Below are positions 1 through 11,586 of a stretch of 64,000 nt of DNA, in pieces (the first letter of the stretch is position 1; every line of letters begins with the position of its first letter). The notes beneath the pieces were generated by a model that made no database searches, was not told the DNA's origin, and saw nothing but the letters and a program-made list of their open reading frames with translations. The stretch comes from Salinispira sp. (GTDB lineage Bacteria; Spirochaetota; Spirochaetia; DSM-27196; Salinispiraceae): contig CBDDDG010000021.1 of NCBI GenBank assembly GCA_965226555.1, forward strand, positions 32,001 through 96,000, in the 5' to 3' direction. Made by a program: the position numbers and the translations under genes.

Positions 1-571
1 TCGTATGTATGGTGCGCAAAGTAGTTACATACCATTCAAAATCAATCCTTCGGGGGTAATTCCTGTTATCTTTGCATCTTCTGTACTCACCTTTCCAATC
101 CAGATTGCAAGCGGGCTTGCTGCTAATGTCCGCTGGCTTCAGAATCTGCAGCGTTGGCTCAGGCCGGACGGAGCTCCGTACATAATTATCTATACGCTTC
201 TGATTATCTTTTTTGCATATTTTTACACTCAGGTTTCGCTTAATCCCATTGAAATTTCCCGTCAGATAAGAGAGAATGGTGGTTCAATTCCGGGAATTCG
301 GGCTGAAAAAACAGAGGAATATCTTATGAAGGTTCTGAATCGAATTATTCTTCCCGGTGCGTTGTTTCTGGCCTTTATTGCTGTTATACCGACCATAGTG
401 CAGTCTCTGTTTAATTTTCCCGTGCAGGTTGCATATTTGATGGGGGGAACATCGCTTCTTATTCTTGTTGGCGTTGATCTCGATCTGATGAGTCAGATTG
501 AGGGGCAACTTCGCATGCATCATCATGATGGGTTAACGAAGAAGGGGCGGATTAAATCCCGCAATCTATAA
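1..571 (+). CDS. secY: Preprotein translocase SecY, 3' part (runs off window start)
   Basis: YIPFKINPSGVIPVIFASS, IPGIR and GGTSLLILVGV motifs; precedes rpmJ-rpsM-rpsK. Confidence 0.97.
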   Translation, partial: RMYGAQSSYIPFKINPSGVIPVIFASSVLTFPIQIASGLAANVRWLQNLQRWLRPDGAPYIIIYTLLIIFFAYFYTQVSLNPIEISRQIRENGGSIPGIRAEKTEEYLMKVLNRIILPGALFLAFIAVIPTIVQSLFNFPVQVAYLMGGTSLLILVGVDLDLMSQIEGQLRMHHHDGLTKKGRIKSRNL

Positions 572-573
572 AA

Positions 574-625
574 GAACGTTTTGCTTTGGAAAATTGCTTG
601 CGCAATTTCCAGTAGCAAAACTTTA
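574..625. mobile_element. MITE-like palindromic element (copy 1)
   Basis: GAACGTTTTGC...GCAAAACTTTA with inner GGAAAATTGC/GCAATTTCC arms; TAAAA on both sides (569-573, 626-630). Confidence 0.7.
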
Positions 626-639
626 TAAAAGGAAAATGT

Positions 640-753
640 ATGAAAGTCAGAGTAAGTGTCAAGCCAATTTGTGATAAATGTAAGATAATTCGACGCCGCG
701 GTGTTATACGGATTATCTGTTCTAACCCCAAGCATAAGCAGCGGCAGAAATAG
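640..753 (+). CDS. rpmJ: 50S ribosomal protein L36 (Zn-ribbon form); absent from the ORF track
   Basis: Manual translation [37 protein letters not shown]. Confidence 0.97.
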   Translation: MKVRVSVKPICDKCKIIRRRGVIRIICSNPKHKQRQK

Positions 754-762
754 GAGAATACG

Positions 763-1128
763 ATGGCGCGTATCGCAGGTATTGATTTACCAAATAAGCA
801 TATTGAAATCGCACTTACTTATATCTATGGTATTGGCCGTACATCTGCACGGCAGATATGTAAAAAAACCGGAATTTCTGGAAGCAAGCGGACAAATGAA
901 CTTACATCTGAAGAATCTAATAATCTGCGTAAAATTATTGAGAATGAATATAAGGTGGAAGGCAGGTTGAGAACTGAGGTAAGCCTGAATATCAAGCGTC
1001 TTATGGATATTGGTGCCTACCGCGGTTTCCGGCACCGAAGAGGACTGCCTGTTCGAGGGCAGCAGACACAAACAAATGCGCGTACTCGCAAGGGTAAGAG
1101 AAAAACTGTCGCAGGAAAGAAAAAATAG
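763..1128 (+). CDS. rpsM: 30S ribosomal protein S13
   Basis: [10 protein letters not shown]...[18 protein letters not shown]. Confidence 0.98.
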   Translation: MARIAGIDLPNKHIEIALTYIYGIGRTSARQICKKTGISGSKRTNELTSEESNNLRKIIENEYKVEGRLRTEVSLNIKRLMDIGAYRGFRHRRGLPVRGQQTQTNARTRKGKRKTVAGKKK

Positions 1129-1137
1129 GAGAAGTAA

Positions 1138-1521
1138 TTGGCTAAACCAGCGAAAAAGAAAAAAGATAAGAAAACTATATTTGAAGGGAAGATACATATT
1201 CAGGCCACATTCAATAATACTATTGTTACAATTTCTGACCTGAACGGTAATACTATCTCATGGGCGAGTGCCGGAGGGCTTGGTTTTAAGGGTGCAAAAA
1301 AATCAACTCCCTATGCAGCTCAGGCAACTGCGGAAAGCGCAGTACAGAAGGCTCTTGATTACGGACTCGGTGAAGTTCATGTACTTGTCAAAGGTCCGGG
1401 AATAGGCAGGGAATCAGCAATACGTTCTCTTGGAAATATGGGGCTGAAGGTAAAAAGCATAAAAGATGTTACACCCATTCCCCATAACGGTTGCAGACCG
1501 CGGAAAGTACGTAGAGGCTGA
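1138..1521 (+). CDS. rpsK: 30S ribosomal protein S11
   Basis: [33 protein letters not shown] start. Confidence 0.98.
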   Translation: MAKPAKKKKDKKTIFEGKIHIQATFNNTIVTISDLNGNTISWASAGGLGFKGAKKSTPYAAQATAESAVQKALDYGLGEVHVLVKGPGIGRESAIRSLGNMGLKVKSIKDVTPIPHNGCRPRKVRRG

Positions 1522-1531
1522 TATACTAAGC

Positions 1532-1557
1532 GAAAGTTTTGCAAATGCAAAACTTTC
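1532..1557. repeat. Short palindromic module of the MITE family
   Basis: GAAAGTTTTGC-AAAT-GCAAAACTTTC perfect 11-bp inverted repeat. Confidence 0.65.
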
Positions 1558-1632
1558 TCACCATTTCAGTGGAGAAGTAGAAAATTTATAACAATCACAT
1601 ATCTGCAATTGCGTTGCGAAAAAGGAAATTTC

Positions 1633-2691
1633 ATGGCACGAAAAAGTCTATTGAAAGGTTTTAAGAAACCAAAGAACATTACATTTGAACATAGTGATGA
1701 AAAACCTGATTATGGGCGTTTTGTTGCTTATCCTTTTGAGAGGGGGTACGGAACAACCATTGGTAATTCATTTCGCCGTATTCTCCTTTCGAGTATTCAG
1801 GGATATGCAGTAACGGCTATACGGATTACTTCCCATGATGCTGAGGGTAATGCGCATCTGCTTTCCAGCGAGTACGAATCAATACCGGAGGTTGTCGAAG
1901 ACACATCGGATTTTATTAATAATCTCAGGCAATTGAACATTGTCCTGCCCTCCGATGCGGAGCAGAAAACTATCGTAGTGAAATTTTCCGGGAAGGAAAA
2001 ACTCACCGGCAGTGATCTGGAAGTTGACTCCGATATAAGGATACTGAATGGCGATATACATCTTCTGAGTACAATGCCGTCTGCCAATTTGGAAATTGAG
2101 TTGCAGATTGATCTTGGCCGAGGGTATGTACCTGCTGAACAGAATAAAAATTACATTGAGATTATCGGTGTTATTCCTCTGGATGCCCTCTATTCCCCAA
2201 TTCGGCGGGTTGTCTATTCAACAGAAAATACCCGCGTAGGCGACAGGGGCGATTACGATAAACTTATTTTGGAAATATGGACTGACGGCAGTATAAAACC
2301 GGAAAATGCCCTCTCGGAGGCGGCAAAAATTGCCAAGGATCATTTTACCACCTTCATCAATTTTGACGAGAGCACTATTCTGGATGACGATGAGGGCAAT
2401 GAAGAGGACGCACGTATTCAGCAGATATTAAATACACCTGTTGATGAGCTTGAACTTTCCGTACGCTCAAGTAATTGTCTTAAAAATGCGGACATCCGGA
2501 CCATCGGTGATCTCATATCGAAAACCGAAGAAGAAATAAAAAACACCAGAAACTTCGGCAAGAAATCACTGCAGGAAATCAAAGAGAAACTTCAGGAATG
2601 GAATCTCTCGATGGGCACGACCGATTATACATCTTTGACACTAACTCCAAAAATACCGAAGAGAAAGAGAGTAATGAACGATGAGGCATAG
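1633..2691 (+). CDS. rpoA: RNA polymerase alpha subunit
   Basis: [38 protein letters not shown]...RNFGKKSL; start at ATG after AAAGGA. Confidence 0.98.
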   Translation: MARKSLLKGFKKPKNITFEHSDEKPDYGRFVAYPFERGYGTTIGNSFRRILLSSIQGYAVTAIRITSHDAEGNAHLLSSEYESIPEVVEDTSDFINNLRQLNIVLPSDAEQKTIVVKFSGKEKLTGSDLEVDSDIRILNGDIHLLSTMPSANLEIELQIDLGRGYVPAEQNKNYIEIIGVIPLDALYSPIRRVVYSTENTRVGDRGDYDKLILEIWTDGSIKPENALSEAAKIAKDHFTTFINFDESTILDDDEGNEEDARIQQILNTPVDELELSVRSSNCLKNADIRTIGDLISKTEEEIKNTRNFGKKSLQEIKEKLQEWNLSMGTTDYTSLTLTPKIPKRKRVMNDEA

Positions 2692-3076
2692 AATTGGAAT
2701 TAATCCTCTTGAAAGAAAGGCGAGTCATCGAAAATCGCTGATCCGTAATATGGTTACATCATTTTTCCGATATGAACGAATCAAAATTACCAAAACCAAA
2801 GCCCTTGCGCTTTGCCGAGCCGCAGAAAAGATGATTACCAGAGCGAAAATTGATTCAGTTCATAACAGGCGTATTGTTGCCCGAAATATCACCGATAAGG
2901 CGATTCTCGCAAAACTCTTTACCGAAATTGCTCCCCGTTCAAAAGAGCGCAGGGGCGGCTATACGCGTATGTACAAACTCGGTCCTCGCTCGGGTGATGC
3001 AGCTGAAATGGTCATTGTTGAATTAACCGACAGGAATTCCGATGAGGAAAATACTGCAAATGATACGAAAACATAG
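2681..3076 (+). CDS. rplQ: 50S ribosomal protein L17
   Basis: MRHR..., [21 protein letters not shown]. Confidence 0.97.
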   Translation: MRHRIGINPLERKASHRKSLIRNMVTSFFRYERIKITKTKALALCRAAEKMITRAKIDSVHNRRIVARNITDKAILAKLFTEIAPRSKERRGGYTRMYKLGPRSGDAAEMVIVELTDRNSDEENTANDTKT

Positions 3077-3160
3077 GCATGAACAATAAATTCTGATTTT
3101 CGTCTGGAATTACAGGAAAAAATCCTTGATGCGTATCATTCTTCGCAAGAATAATATGTT

Positions 3161-3233
3161 TGGGATGTAGCCAAGCGGTTAAGGCACCGGGTTTTGATCC
3201 CGGCATGCGGAGGTTCGAATCCTCCCATCCCAG
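3161..3233 (+). tRNA. tRNA-Gln(TTG)
   Basis: Acceptor TGGGATG/CATCCCA, anticodon arm CCGGG-TTTTGAT-CCCGG, T-loop GGTTCGAATCC. Confidence 0.95.
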
Positions 3234-3273
3234 GGAGAATCTGGCAGAGATCATATATACATATGGAGGAATT

Positions 3274-3879
3274 ATGGCTACAAAGGTACTGTCCGTCAAA
3301 GAGCGTACAGAGTTTGGTTCAAGCGCGAGCCGCAGATTACGGGGCGAAGGAAACATTCCGGTAGTTGTCTATGGTCATCGCGATGCGCAGCATTTTATTG
3401 TCGATGGTTGGGAATTCAGAACGAAATTCCGGCACATTTCCGAAAGTGAAATCATAACTCTTAAAAACGGCGATAGCGATTTGCAGGTACTCATTAAAGA
3501 TTATCAGGCTGATATCATTAAAAACAGGATGATCCATATTGATTTTTATGAAATTGAAAAGGGGCGGACACTGCGAACGCATGTTCCCGTGTATCTGCTT
3601 GGAACACCTATTGGCGTTCGCGAGGGCGGTATTCTTGAAGCTCCCCTGCATGAGTTGGATATCGAATGTCTGCCGAAGGACCTTCCCGAAAAAATTGAAG
3701 TGAATATAAGCGAACTACAAGATTCTGCTGCTCTTCATGTCAGCGATATAGAATCGCCCACGGGGGTGAAAATTCTTACAAATGCAGATCAGGTCATTGC
3801 TGCGGTAACGCATGCAAAAGCTGAATCTGTTGAAAGTGAGGAAGCCGCAGACGAAGAAGAAGCGGTTGAAGAAGAATAG
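3274..3879 (+). CDS. rplY: 50S ribosomal protein L25/Ctc
   Basis: SRRLRGEGNIPVVVYG, HIDFYEI, acidic tail; ATG after GGAGGA. Confidence 0.95.
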   Translation: MATKVLSVKERTEFGSSASRRLRGEGNIPVVVYGHRDAQHFIVDGWEFRTKFRHISESEIITLKNGDSDLQVLIKDYQADIIKNRMIHIDFYEIEKGRTLRTHVPVYLLGTPIGVREGGILEAPLHELDIECLPKDLPEKIEVNISELQDSAALHVSDIESPTGVKILTNADQVIAAVTHAKAESVESEEAADEEEAVEEE

Positions 3880-4492
3880 CTCCCCCGCAGAAAACAGATC
3901 TGTTCTCTGTATTATTGGTCTGGGAAATCCTGGGATGCCTAGAATCGGAAGTCGGCATAATGTCGGTTTTCACCTTGTGGATGAAATTGCGGAAATTTCA
4001 GGACTATCATTTAGGAAAAAACTATTCTCAAAATATCTGTATGCGGAAGGTATGAACCATGAAGGCGCTACATTCAGGAAGATAGTTCTTGTGAAACCGC
4101 TCACGTATATGAATAACAGCGGAACCGTTATTCCCGATATTCTGAGAAATTACGGGGAGGATGTGCAATTTCTTGTGGCGGCAGATAATATGGATCTTCC
4201 CCCAGGTATTGTCCGCCTCAAGAGGCGCGGCGGAACAGCAGGGCATAACGGACTCAAATCTGTTACCGAATATCTGGATGATGATTTCTGGCCGCTGTAC
4301 ATTGGTGTGGGACATCCCGGAACGAAGTCGGCTGTTACATCCCATGTTATGGAAAAAATGAATCGTCATGAGCAGGTTCTTTATAAACGGTTCATGCCGA
4401 CATGGGCCGGATATATTCTCAAACTTTCTTCGGAACCCTTTGATACAGTGCTGCAGAATATAAATTCTTCCCGTAACGATGACAGTCTTTAA
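3866..4492 (+). CDS. pth: Peptidyl-tRNA hydrolase (start uncertain)
   Basis: GLGNPG, RHNVGF, KPLTYMNNSG, GHNGLKS. Confidence 0.93.
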   Translation: MKKNSSPAENRSVLCIIGLGNPGMPRIGSRHNVGFHLVDEIAEISGLSFRKKLFSKYLYAEGMNHEGATFRKIVLVKPLTYMNNSGTVIPDILRNYGEDVQFLVAADNMDLPPGIVRLKRRGGTAGHNGLKSVTEYLDDDFWPLYIGVGHPGTKSAVTSHVMEKMNRHEQVLYKRFMPTWAGYILKLSSEPFDTVLQNINSSRNDDSL

Positions 4493-5879
4493 TACATTTC
4501 GTACGAAAATACTTGACGATCTCAATGCCGGAATTCCCGGGCATGCCCTGCTCGCTCTTTCGGGCGGCAGAGATTCCATGTGCTTACTGTATCTGCTGGC
4601 TGGAGCTTCTCCCCCCGAGGGGGATGGGGGCGGCATAGGTTCTGTGCCGCAGAGGCAGTTCGCATTGCGGGCTGTCCATATCAATCATGGGATACGGCAT
4701 ATCTCCGAGTGCCGGAGAGATGAAGAATGTGTGCGGGAACAGTGCCGGAAGTTGGGAATTGAATTAGACATACAGAGAGCAGTTCCCTTCGAAATACAGA
4801 GCTGGCGGAAGGAAACCGGCGGTATGGAAGCCGGAGCGCGATTTTTCCGTTATCGGATTATGCATGATATGCTCAGTCCCGGTGAGGTTTTGCTCACCGC
4901 GCAGCATACCGATGATCTTCTGGAGGGTATGGTTCTTGCATTTTTCAGTGGGACATGGTCTGCGCGAGCCTTCACAGCGGCAGATGAGAGAATTATGCGT
5001 CCCTACCTTCGCCTTAACATTGGCAGGACAGTAATCGACCGGATAATTGATGAACAGCATATCCCCTTTGTGTCCGATTCATCAAACAGTGATGTTTCAT
5101 ATCGGCGCAATTTTATCCGCAGGGTTATTCTCCCGCAAATTACCGGGCAATTCGGTTCGGCGCGAAAGCGCATATTAAAATTGGCCCGGGAACAGCAGCA
5201 TATTCAGGATGCCCTGGATTTCTGCGCGCCGCAGTCACCCTGGGAAAGATATTACCTGCTTGGCAGGCAGTCTCTGAGTTGCCGGTTTGAGGAACTTCAG
5301 CGAATTCCCGCCTATTTTCAGGTTGTCCATACCCGTTGCGCCATGGCATTCTTCCTGGCAGCGCCCTCTGCGTCCATCTCTGCAATGGGCATGGTGGAAA
5401 GAATTCCGTCGCAGTTTATTCTCGACACTATTGCACGACTTTCTGGAAAGAAGCGTTGCAGGGTTGAGGGGCACGATTGTATATTCATTCGAGAGGGAGA
5501 TCGTATATATCTATTTCCTCTGCTTGCCTTCTCACGGAAAAAAGGTTATCATAAAATGGTACGGGTAAATGAAAATTGCTTTGTTTATCCTTTTCTGGAT
5601 GTGAAAGTGAAAATTCGGCTGGGTGGGGATTACTGCCCGCAAAGAATGCTTTTTCTTCATAGCTGGAGTACTGAGAAACAATGTATGATCACATGTTCAG
5701 CGGCCCTGCGGGAAACAAAAGAATTGGTTCCCCATTGGTTGCGGCAGGCGATATCGACTATTGAAGATGGACAAAAAGTGTATGGTTTTTTGTATCCCGA
5801 TCTTATACGTGGGTCGTGGAATTTCGTGGCGGCAGATACCGCCATTGAAAAATCATTATCTGTGGAGCAGGTATTTTGA
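4479..5879 (+). CDS. tilS: tRNA(Ile)-lysidine synthetase, divergent
   Basis: PP-loop SGGRDS, HINHGIR, DSSN...RNFIR; between pth and ftsH. Confidence 0.85.
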   Translation: MTVFNTFRTKILDDLNAGIPGHALLALSGGRDSMCLLYLLAGASPPEGDGGGIGSVPQRQFALRAVHINHGIRHISECRRDEECVREQCRKLGIELDIQRAVPFEIQSWRKETGGMEAGARFFRYRIMHDMLSPGEVLLTAQHTDDLLEGMVLAFFSGTWSARAFTAADERIMRPYLRLNIGRTVIDRIIDEQHIPFVSDSSNSDVSYRRNFIRRVILPQITGQFGSARKRILKLAREQQHIQDALDFCAPQSPWERYYLLGRQSLSCRFEELQRIPAYFQVVHTRCAMAFFLAAPSASISAMGMVERIPSQFILDTIARLSGKKRCRVEGHDCIFIREGDRIYLFPLLAFSRKKGYHKMVRVNENCFVYPFLDVKVKIRLGGDYCPQRMLFLHSWSTEKQCMITCSAALRETKELVPHWLRQAISTIEDGQKVYGFLYPDLIRGSWNFVAADTAIEKSLSVEQVF

Positions 5880-7774
5880 ATAATAATAATAGTAATAATT
5901 TGCGCAACAATGATAATCAGGATCCGCAACAGCCGGTAAATTTTAATTTCAAAAATAACAAATTTGCCCTTATTATGCTCATTGCAATATTGGTGAGTTT
6001 TATATTTATTTTTTTGCCGACGGTGAATACTTCGGGCGGCGAAATAAATTATTCGGAATTTCTTTCATACCTTGAATCGGGTATTATTGAAAAGGTCGAT
6101 ATTATTGGTAATTCCATAGTTGAGGGACGTCTGCTCAGAAACGGCGCTTCCGAAAAATTCAGCACACGAATTCCCTATATTGATCAGGAGCTGATACAGC
6201 GTCTGAATGAGAAGGGTATTACTTTTTCCGGTAAGGAAAGTCCGGTAAGTCCTCTGGTACTGCTTGTGAACATTTTCCCATGGGTTATCGGGATATTTTT
6301 TATATGGTTCATGCTCCGACAGCTTCATGGCAATGGAAATAAGGCCTTTTCCTTTGGGAAGAGCAAGGCGAAGATCTACTCCGATGACAAAGAAAAGATA
6401 ATGTTTTCAGATGTTGCCGGACAATATGAAGCCAAGTATGAACTGCAGGAAATAGTGGAATTTCTGAAGAATCCGAAAAAATTTGAGGAAATAGGCGCAA
6501 AAATTCCCACGGGTGTTTTGCTTGTCGGTCTGCCGGGTACCGGTAAAACGCTGCTTGCAAAAGCTACTGCAGGGGAAGCCGAAGTAAAATTTTTTCACAT
6601 GTCGGGTTCTGATTTTGTAGAAATGTTTGTCGGAATTGGCGCAAGCCGCGTTCGTGATCTCTTTGAACAGGGAAGGCGCAATGCTCCCTGTATTATTTTT
6701 ATCGATGAGCTTGATGCTGTCGGCCGTACACGAGGCGCAGGCTACGGCGGCGGACATGATGAGCGTGAACAGACGCTGAATCAGATGCTCGTTGAAATGG
6801 ACGGATTTGAAACAAAGGACGGGGTAATAATTATTGCCGCTACCAATAGGGCAGATGTTCTTGACCCTGCTCTTTTGCGCCCTGGTCGATTCGACCGGAG
6901 AGTTATTATTGATATGCCGGATATGAATGAACGGCATGCAATTCTGAAAATACATGTAACAAAGATCCCGCTTGATTCATCGGTTGAACTTGAGGTTCTT
7001 GCTCGTTCAACTCCCGGGGCATCGGGAGCTGATCTTGCCAATTTGGTTAATGAAGCGGCGCTGCAGGCTGCCCGCAAGGATCATAAGTATGTGACCAAAG
7101 AAGATTTTGAAGAAGCCCGGGATAAAGTCTTCATGGGGGTTGCCCGAAAATCGAAAACCTTCACAAAGGAAGAGAATCGCTGGAAGGCCTATCATGAATC
7201 GGGGCATGCTCTTCTCCATTATTATCTTGAGAATGCGGATCCGCTTCACAAGGTTGATATTATTCCCCGAGGTTCGACGGGAGGCATAACCTGGAGCCTT
7301 CCTGAAAAAGATACCTATATTCAGAAGAAGGGATGGCTCGAAGACAGAATTGCCATTACCTACGGCGGCATGATTGCGGAGAAACTGGAATACAACGAGA
7401 CAAGCACCGGTGTTTCCAATGATCTTAAGCAGGCAACAGACATTGCCCGAAACATGGTCTGTAATTGGGGTATGAGTAATCTTGGACCGATTGCGCTCGG
7501 GCAGGATGAGCAGCCAATTTTCCTTGGAAAGGAAATTGCCCGGCATAATGACTATTCCGATGGTCTGGCTCGAAAAATTGATGATGAAATGCATGCTATT
7601 CTGGAGAGGGCCTATAAGCGGGCTGAAGGTATTCTGAAAAAACACAGGGATCAGCTGGATACTCTCGCGGCAGAATTACTTGTGAAAGAGACACTGTCTG
7701 ATGTTGAGGTTCGGGAACTTCTCAATTTGCCATCCCGACTTGAGCAGACAAAAAATCAGGATGAAAATTCATAA
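5876..7774 (+). CDS. ftsH: ATP-dependent Zn metalloprotease FtsH
   Basis: Two TM segments, [23 protein letters not shown]. Confidence 0.98.
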   Translation: MNNNNSNNLRNNDNQDPQQPVNFNFKNNKFALIMLIAILVSFIFIFLPTVNTSGGEINYSEFLSYLESGIIEKVDIIGNSIVEGRLLRNGASEKFSTRIPYIDQELIQRLNEKGITFSGKESPVSPLVLLVNIFPWVIGIFFIWFMLRQLHGNGNKAFSFGKSKAKIYSDDKEKIMFSDVAGQYEAKYELQEIVEFLKNPKKFEEIGAKIPTGVLLVGLPGTGKTLLAKATAGEAEVKFFHMSGSDFVEMFVGIGASRVRDLFEQGRRNAPCIIFIDELDAVGRTRGAGYGGGHDEREQTLNQMLVEMDGFETKDGVIIIAATNRADVLDPALLRPGRFDRRVIIDMPDMNERHAILKIHVTKIPLDSSVELEVLARSTPGASGADLANLVNEAALQAARKDHKYVTKEDFEEARDKVFMGVARKSKTFTKEENRWKAYHESGHALLHYYLENADPLHKVDIIPRGSTGGITWSLPEKDTYIQKKGWLEDRIAITYGGMIAEKLEYNETSTGVSNDLKQATDIARNMVCNWGMSNLGPIALGQDEQPIFLGKEIARHNDYSDGLARKIDDEMHAILERAYKRAEGILKKHRDQLDTLAAELLVKETLSDVEVRELLNLPSRLEQTKNQDENS

Positions 7775-9686
7775 AAGGCATTTGTTCCGTATAGTTCCCC
7801 TTGTTTTGCTCATTATTTCCTGCGCTGGTCAGTCGATTCTTTTTCGTGAAGATCCTGTGCCTGAGCACATTAATTTCATTCGGGAAAAAATTGTTCGCTT
7901 TACGGCAGAAGAAGATCAGAAACATCTTTTTCAGGCATCGCTCATGATCTCCCGGGAGACTACCCGTAGACGTTTATCGTTCTCTGAGGGCAGAGATTTC
8001 ATGCGCGGCGTCCTTTTGAAATTTGAGGCAATGATCAGAGCCGATACTCATTCCCCCTATGAGCAACTGCCTGCCGAACCGACCGCCGACCTGCCTGCGG
8101 AACCGCATTCGGGGAAGCTGCGCAATTTTAACATTCTCCTTGCCCATGCCCGTTATCTCTTTGGACAGGACAGTTTTCCCGATTTTACCTCTTATACCGT
8201 CCGCACAGAAGGTGAGGATATTCTGGCTGCTGCTGAGAAAGAGCGGCTGGAGGGATATGATGCTCTGGCCCTGCATTATCTATTTCAAGCTGTGGAAATT
8301 CTTGGAAGCAGCTGGTTTCTGGATAATGCTTTTCCATTAGAAACAGCGCTGTGGTATGCCGCTGTTGCCCGAAAATATCACAATCGCGATGTTCTTTCAC
8401 TCATTGTTAAGACCATTGAACGCAATTATCCGCTTGAGGAGAAGAATGCCGCCATGCTTGACGCGTATCGTGAATATGCACAGAGCGACTGGGATGTGAG
8501 TGTTGGTGTTGAGGCAAGTGTTACCATATGGGTAGATAAGGGTATACGTCTTGAAGGGAGTGTTGGTTTTCCCGATCGGAGCATTGGTACGGGTTTTTAT
8601 GTTGCCTCCGATGGTTATATCATTACGAATTACCACGTTATTGCCAGCGAGGTTGACCCGACATATGAAGGGAAGAGTGAATTATTCATCCGCCCCGGTA
8701 ACAATCCTCAGCTCCGTATTCCTGCAACAGTTATTGCCTATGACCGCATATTTGACATTGCGCTCATCAAGGCAGAGAGTGAATCTCCTGAGCTTATGAG
8801 CTTTTTACCCGCGCGCTCCCTCCCCCCGGGCAGTAATCTCTTCGTTGTCGGTTCTCCGGGGGGGCTTGAGCGCAGTGTTACCGCGGGTATCGTATCGGCT
8901 CAGGGACGCCGTTTTCTCCAAATGGGAGACTTTGTACAGGTCGATGTGCCTATTAATCCCGGTAACAGCGGGGGTCCCATGTTCGATGAAGATGGGCATC
9001 TTGTCGGGGTGGTATTTGCCGGTGTGGAGCAGTTTGAGGGAGTTAATTTTGCGATACCAGCGTACTGGATTCAGTATTTTTTCCCTCAACTCTTTGAAGG
9101 CGGGGAAGTGCGGCACCCCTGGTTTGGCATGGCCGCCCGCAGGACAACAGGAGGCCTGGCAGTCGATTATGTGGTGCCCGGCAGTCCCGCAGAGGAGGCG
9201 GGTTTTCAGGCGGGGGAAATTGTTACTGCCATTAATGGCAGGCCTGTTTCACGTATCCCCGATGCGCAGGCAATTCTTCTCGGGGGAATGATTGAACAGC
9301 TCTATGATATCGCCGTAGAAGAGACACAGGATGTCGGCGGCAGGAGCATCCGCAGACTCGTATACAGCGAGGAACGCCCCTATAGTCCACTCAAGAATGT
9401 TCTTGGAGACAGGCTTGCCAATGTGTGGCTGCCGCCGCTCTTCGGCATGAAGGTTGTGTCCACGAGAACTCAGACAAACACCTATACCATTACCGAGGTC
9501 TTTTCGGGAGGTATAGCCGATGAATCCGGACTGAGTGAACATGACCATTTCAGACTTCTGAACTGGTTTATTGATCCTGATCTGGACATCGCAGTACTTC
9601 AAATATTCATCCAGAAACGGACAAACGGATACCTTGATGAGGGCTTGCAGCTTGCGGCATACATTGAACTCAACAGTTTTCTGTAA
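7761..9686 (+). CDS. Lipoprotein with trypsin-like serine protease and PDZ domains (HtrA/S1C-like)
   Basis: Lipobox LLIISC; TNYHV, DIALIK, INPGNSGGP; PDZ VVPGSPAEEAG. Confidence 0.85.
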   Translation: MKIHKRHLFRIVPLVLLIISCAGQSILFREDPVPEHINFIREKIVRFTAEEDQKHLFQASLMISRETTRRRLSFSEGRDFMRGVLLKFEAMIRADTHSPYEQLPAEPTADLPAEPHSGKLRNFNILLAHARYLFGQDSFPDFTSYTVRTEGEDILAAAEKERLEGYDALALHYLFQAVEILGSSWFLDNAFPLETALWYAAVARKYHNRDVLSLIVKTIERNYPLEEKNAAMLDAYREYAQSDWDVSVGVEASVTIWVDKGIRLEGSVGFPDRSIGTGFYVASDGYIITNYHVIASEVDPTYEGKSELFIRPGNNPQLRIPATVIAYDRIFDIALIKAESESPELMSFLPARSLPPGSNLFVVGSPGGLERSVTAGIVSAQGRRFLQMGDFVQVDVPINPGNSGGPMFDEDGHLVGVVFAGVEQFEGVNFAIPAYWIQYFFPQLFEGGEVRHPWFGMAARRTTGGLAVDYVVPGSPAEEAGFQAGEIVTAINGRPVSRIPDAQAILLGGMIEQLYDIAVEETQDVGGRSIRRLVYSEERPYSPLKNVLGDRLANVWLPPLFGMKVVSTRTQTNTYTITEVFSGGIADESGLSEHDHFRLLNWFIDPDLDIAVLQIFIQKRTNGYLDEGLQLAAYIELNSFL

Positions 9687-9706
9687 AATATGTTAGTATC
9701 CTCTGA

Positions 9707-11515
9707 ATGAGTTCCTACGATATTTCCTGCATTCGGAATTTTTGTATTATTGCCCACATTGATCATGGAAAATCGACATTGGCCGATCGTTTTATTGAGC
9801 GTTCGCATATTATCTCTGAGCGGGAATACCGCGATCAGATTCTCGATAATATGGATATTGAACGGGAGCGCGGTATTACCATAAAGAGTCAGGCAGTTAC
9901 CGTGATCCACAGGAGTAATGGTAAGGACTATGAACTCAATTTTGTCGATACTCCCGGCCATGTTGATTTTACCTATGAGGTTTCCCGAGCTATTGCGTCC
10001 TGCGAAGGCGCCCTGCTCCTCGTGGATGCCTCACAGGGTGTGGAAGCCCAGACTATCTCGAATCTTTACCTAGCGCTTGAACATGATCTGGAGATTATTC
10101 CCGTTATCAACAAGATTGATATGCCGGCTGCCGATGTCGACCGTGTACGCGCGCAGATTGATCATGATCTCGGACTAGACAGCAGCGAGGCTGTTCTTGT
10201 TTCAGCAAAATTGGGAACGGGTATTGATGAACTCTTCGAAAAAATTGTCAATGTAATCCCAGCCCCTCAGACAGTGCGGAGCAGCGCAACCCGGGCACTG
10301 GTTTTCGATTCCCATTACGATGCCTACCGAGGTGTTGTGGTGCATTGCAGGGTTTTTGACGGCAGCATTTACCAAGGACAGGAAATACTTCTCATGGGTT
10401 CACAATCATCTTATAAAATTGATGAAATTGGGCGCTTCAAAATTGACCTTGAACAATGTGAGAAACTGGAGTCTGGTGAGGTTGGCTATTTTCTGGCCGG
10501 TATAAAAAATATTAGCGACATTCAGGTGGGTGATACCATTACCGATACCATCCGCGCGGCTAACAAGGCCCTGCCGGGGTTCAGAGAAGTTAAACCCATG
10601 GTGTACTCATCTATCTATCCTGTGGACAGTAATGCCTACAAGGATCTTGCTGACGCAATGGACAAGCTCAAGCTCAATGATGCCAGCCTGATATTCGAGA
10701 AGGATAGTTCTGCCGCATTGGGCTTCGGCTTCAAATGCGGATTTCTCGGGCTTCTTCATCTTGATGTGGTGCAGGAGCGCCTCGAACGGGAATTTGATCT
10801 TTCTGTTGTTTTTACAGCCCCCTCAGTACGTTATGAGGTTCATCTCCTGAATGATCAGACTGTTTCCGTAGAAACTCCCGCTGAAATGCCCGATACAGCA
10901 CAGATCGATTACGCGCGGGAGCCCTATATCCGCGCGAGTATTATTACTCCGGTTGAATATATCGGGAATCTCATGGCGCTCTGTCTTGAGAAACGCGGTA
11001 TTCAGAAGGATATGATCTATCTTGATGAGAAGAGGGTAGAGGTGATCTATGAGATGCCTCTGGCAGAGGTGCTCTTCGAATTTTACGATCGCCTCAAAAG
11101 TCTGAGCCGAGGCTATGCCAGTTTCGATTATGAGATTATCGACCATAGAAGAACAAACCTGGTACGCCTTGATATCCTCATTAACGGTAACCCTGTTGAC
11201 ACCCTGAGCCAGCTTGTATTTCGGGAAAACGCGGCTGTAAAGGCCCGGAAAATCTGTAAGAAACTCAGCCGTGAAATACCCCGTCATCAGTTCAAAATCC
11301 CCATCCAAGGCGCCATTGGAAGCAGCATCATAGCCCGGGAAACAATTAACGCTGTCCGAAAGGATGTAACCGCCAAATGTTACGGCGGCGACATTACCCG
11401 AAAACGCAAACTGCTTGAAAAGCAGAAGGAAGGCAAGAAACGCCTGAAGATGGTCGGCAATGTTGAACTCCCCCAGAGTGCCTTTCTCTCGGTGCTCCGC
11501 AGCGATGAGAACTGA
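9707..11515 (+). CDS. lepA: Elongation factor 4
   Basis: RNFCIIAHIDHGKSTLADR, KDVTAKCYGGDITRKRKLLEKQK. Confidence 0.98.
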   Translation: MSSYDISCIRNFCIIAHIDHGKSTLADRFIERSHIISEREYRDQILDNMDIERERGITIKSQAVTVIHRSNGKDYELNFVDTPGHVDFTYEVSRAIASCEGALLLVDASQGVEAQTISNLYLALEHDLEIIPVINKIDMPAADVDRVRAQIDHDLGLDSSEAVLVSAKLGTGIDELFEKIVNVIPAPQTVRSSATRALVFDSHYDAYRGVVVHCRVFDGSIYQGQEILLMGSQSSYKIDEIGRFKIDLEQCEKLESGEVGYFLAGIKNISDIQVGDTITDTIRAANKALPGFREVKPMVYSSIYPVDSNAYKDLADAMDKLKLNDASLIFEKDSSAALGFGFKCGFLGLLHLDVVQERLEREFDLSVVFTAPSVRYEVHLLNDQTVSVETPAEMPDTAQIDYAREPYIRASIITPVEYIGNLMALCLEKRGIQKDMIYLDEKRVEVIYEMPLAEVLFEFYDRLKSLSRGYASFDYEIIDHRRTNLVRLDILINGNPVDTLSQLVFRENAAVKARKICKKLSREIPRHQFKIPIQGAIGSSIIARETINAVRKDVTAKCYGGDITRKRKLLEKQKEGKKRLKMVGNVELPQSAFLSVLRSDEN

Positions 11516-11586
11516 TTCCCGCTGCTGCTGTTACCGCTGAGGCTGCTGCCGCTGTTACCGTTGAGCCCGCTGAGGAAGATATTTTC

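Noticed and set aside
1521..1633. Absence of rpsD between rpsK and rpoA
   Set aside because: Normal arrangement in Borrelia/Treponema-type spirochaetes
3160..3273. N-terminal extension of L25 in the ORF track, and similar extensions at 24007, 38466, 42957, 46004
   Set aside because: They run through the tRNA or MITE sequence; downstream ATGs have clear RBSs
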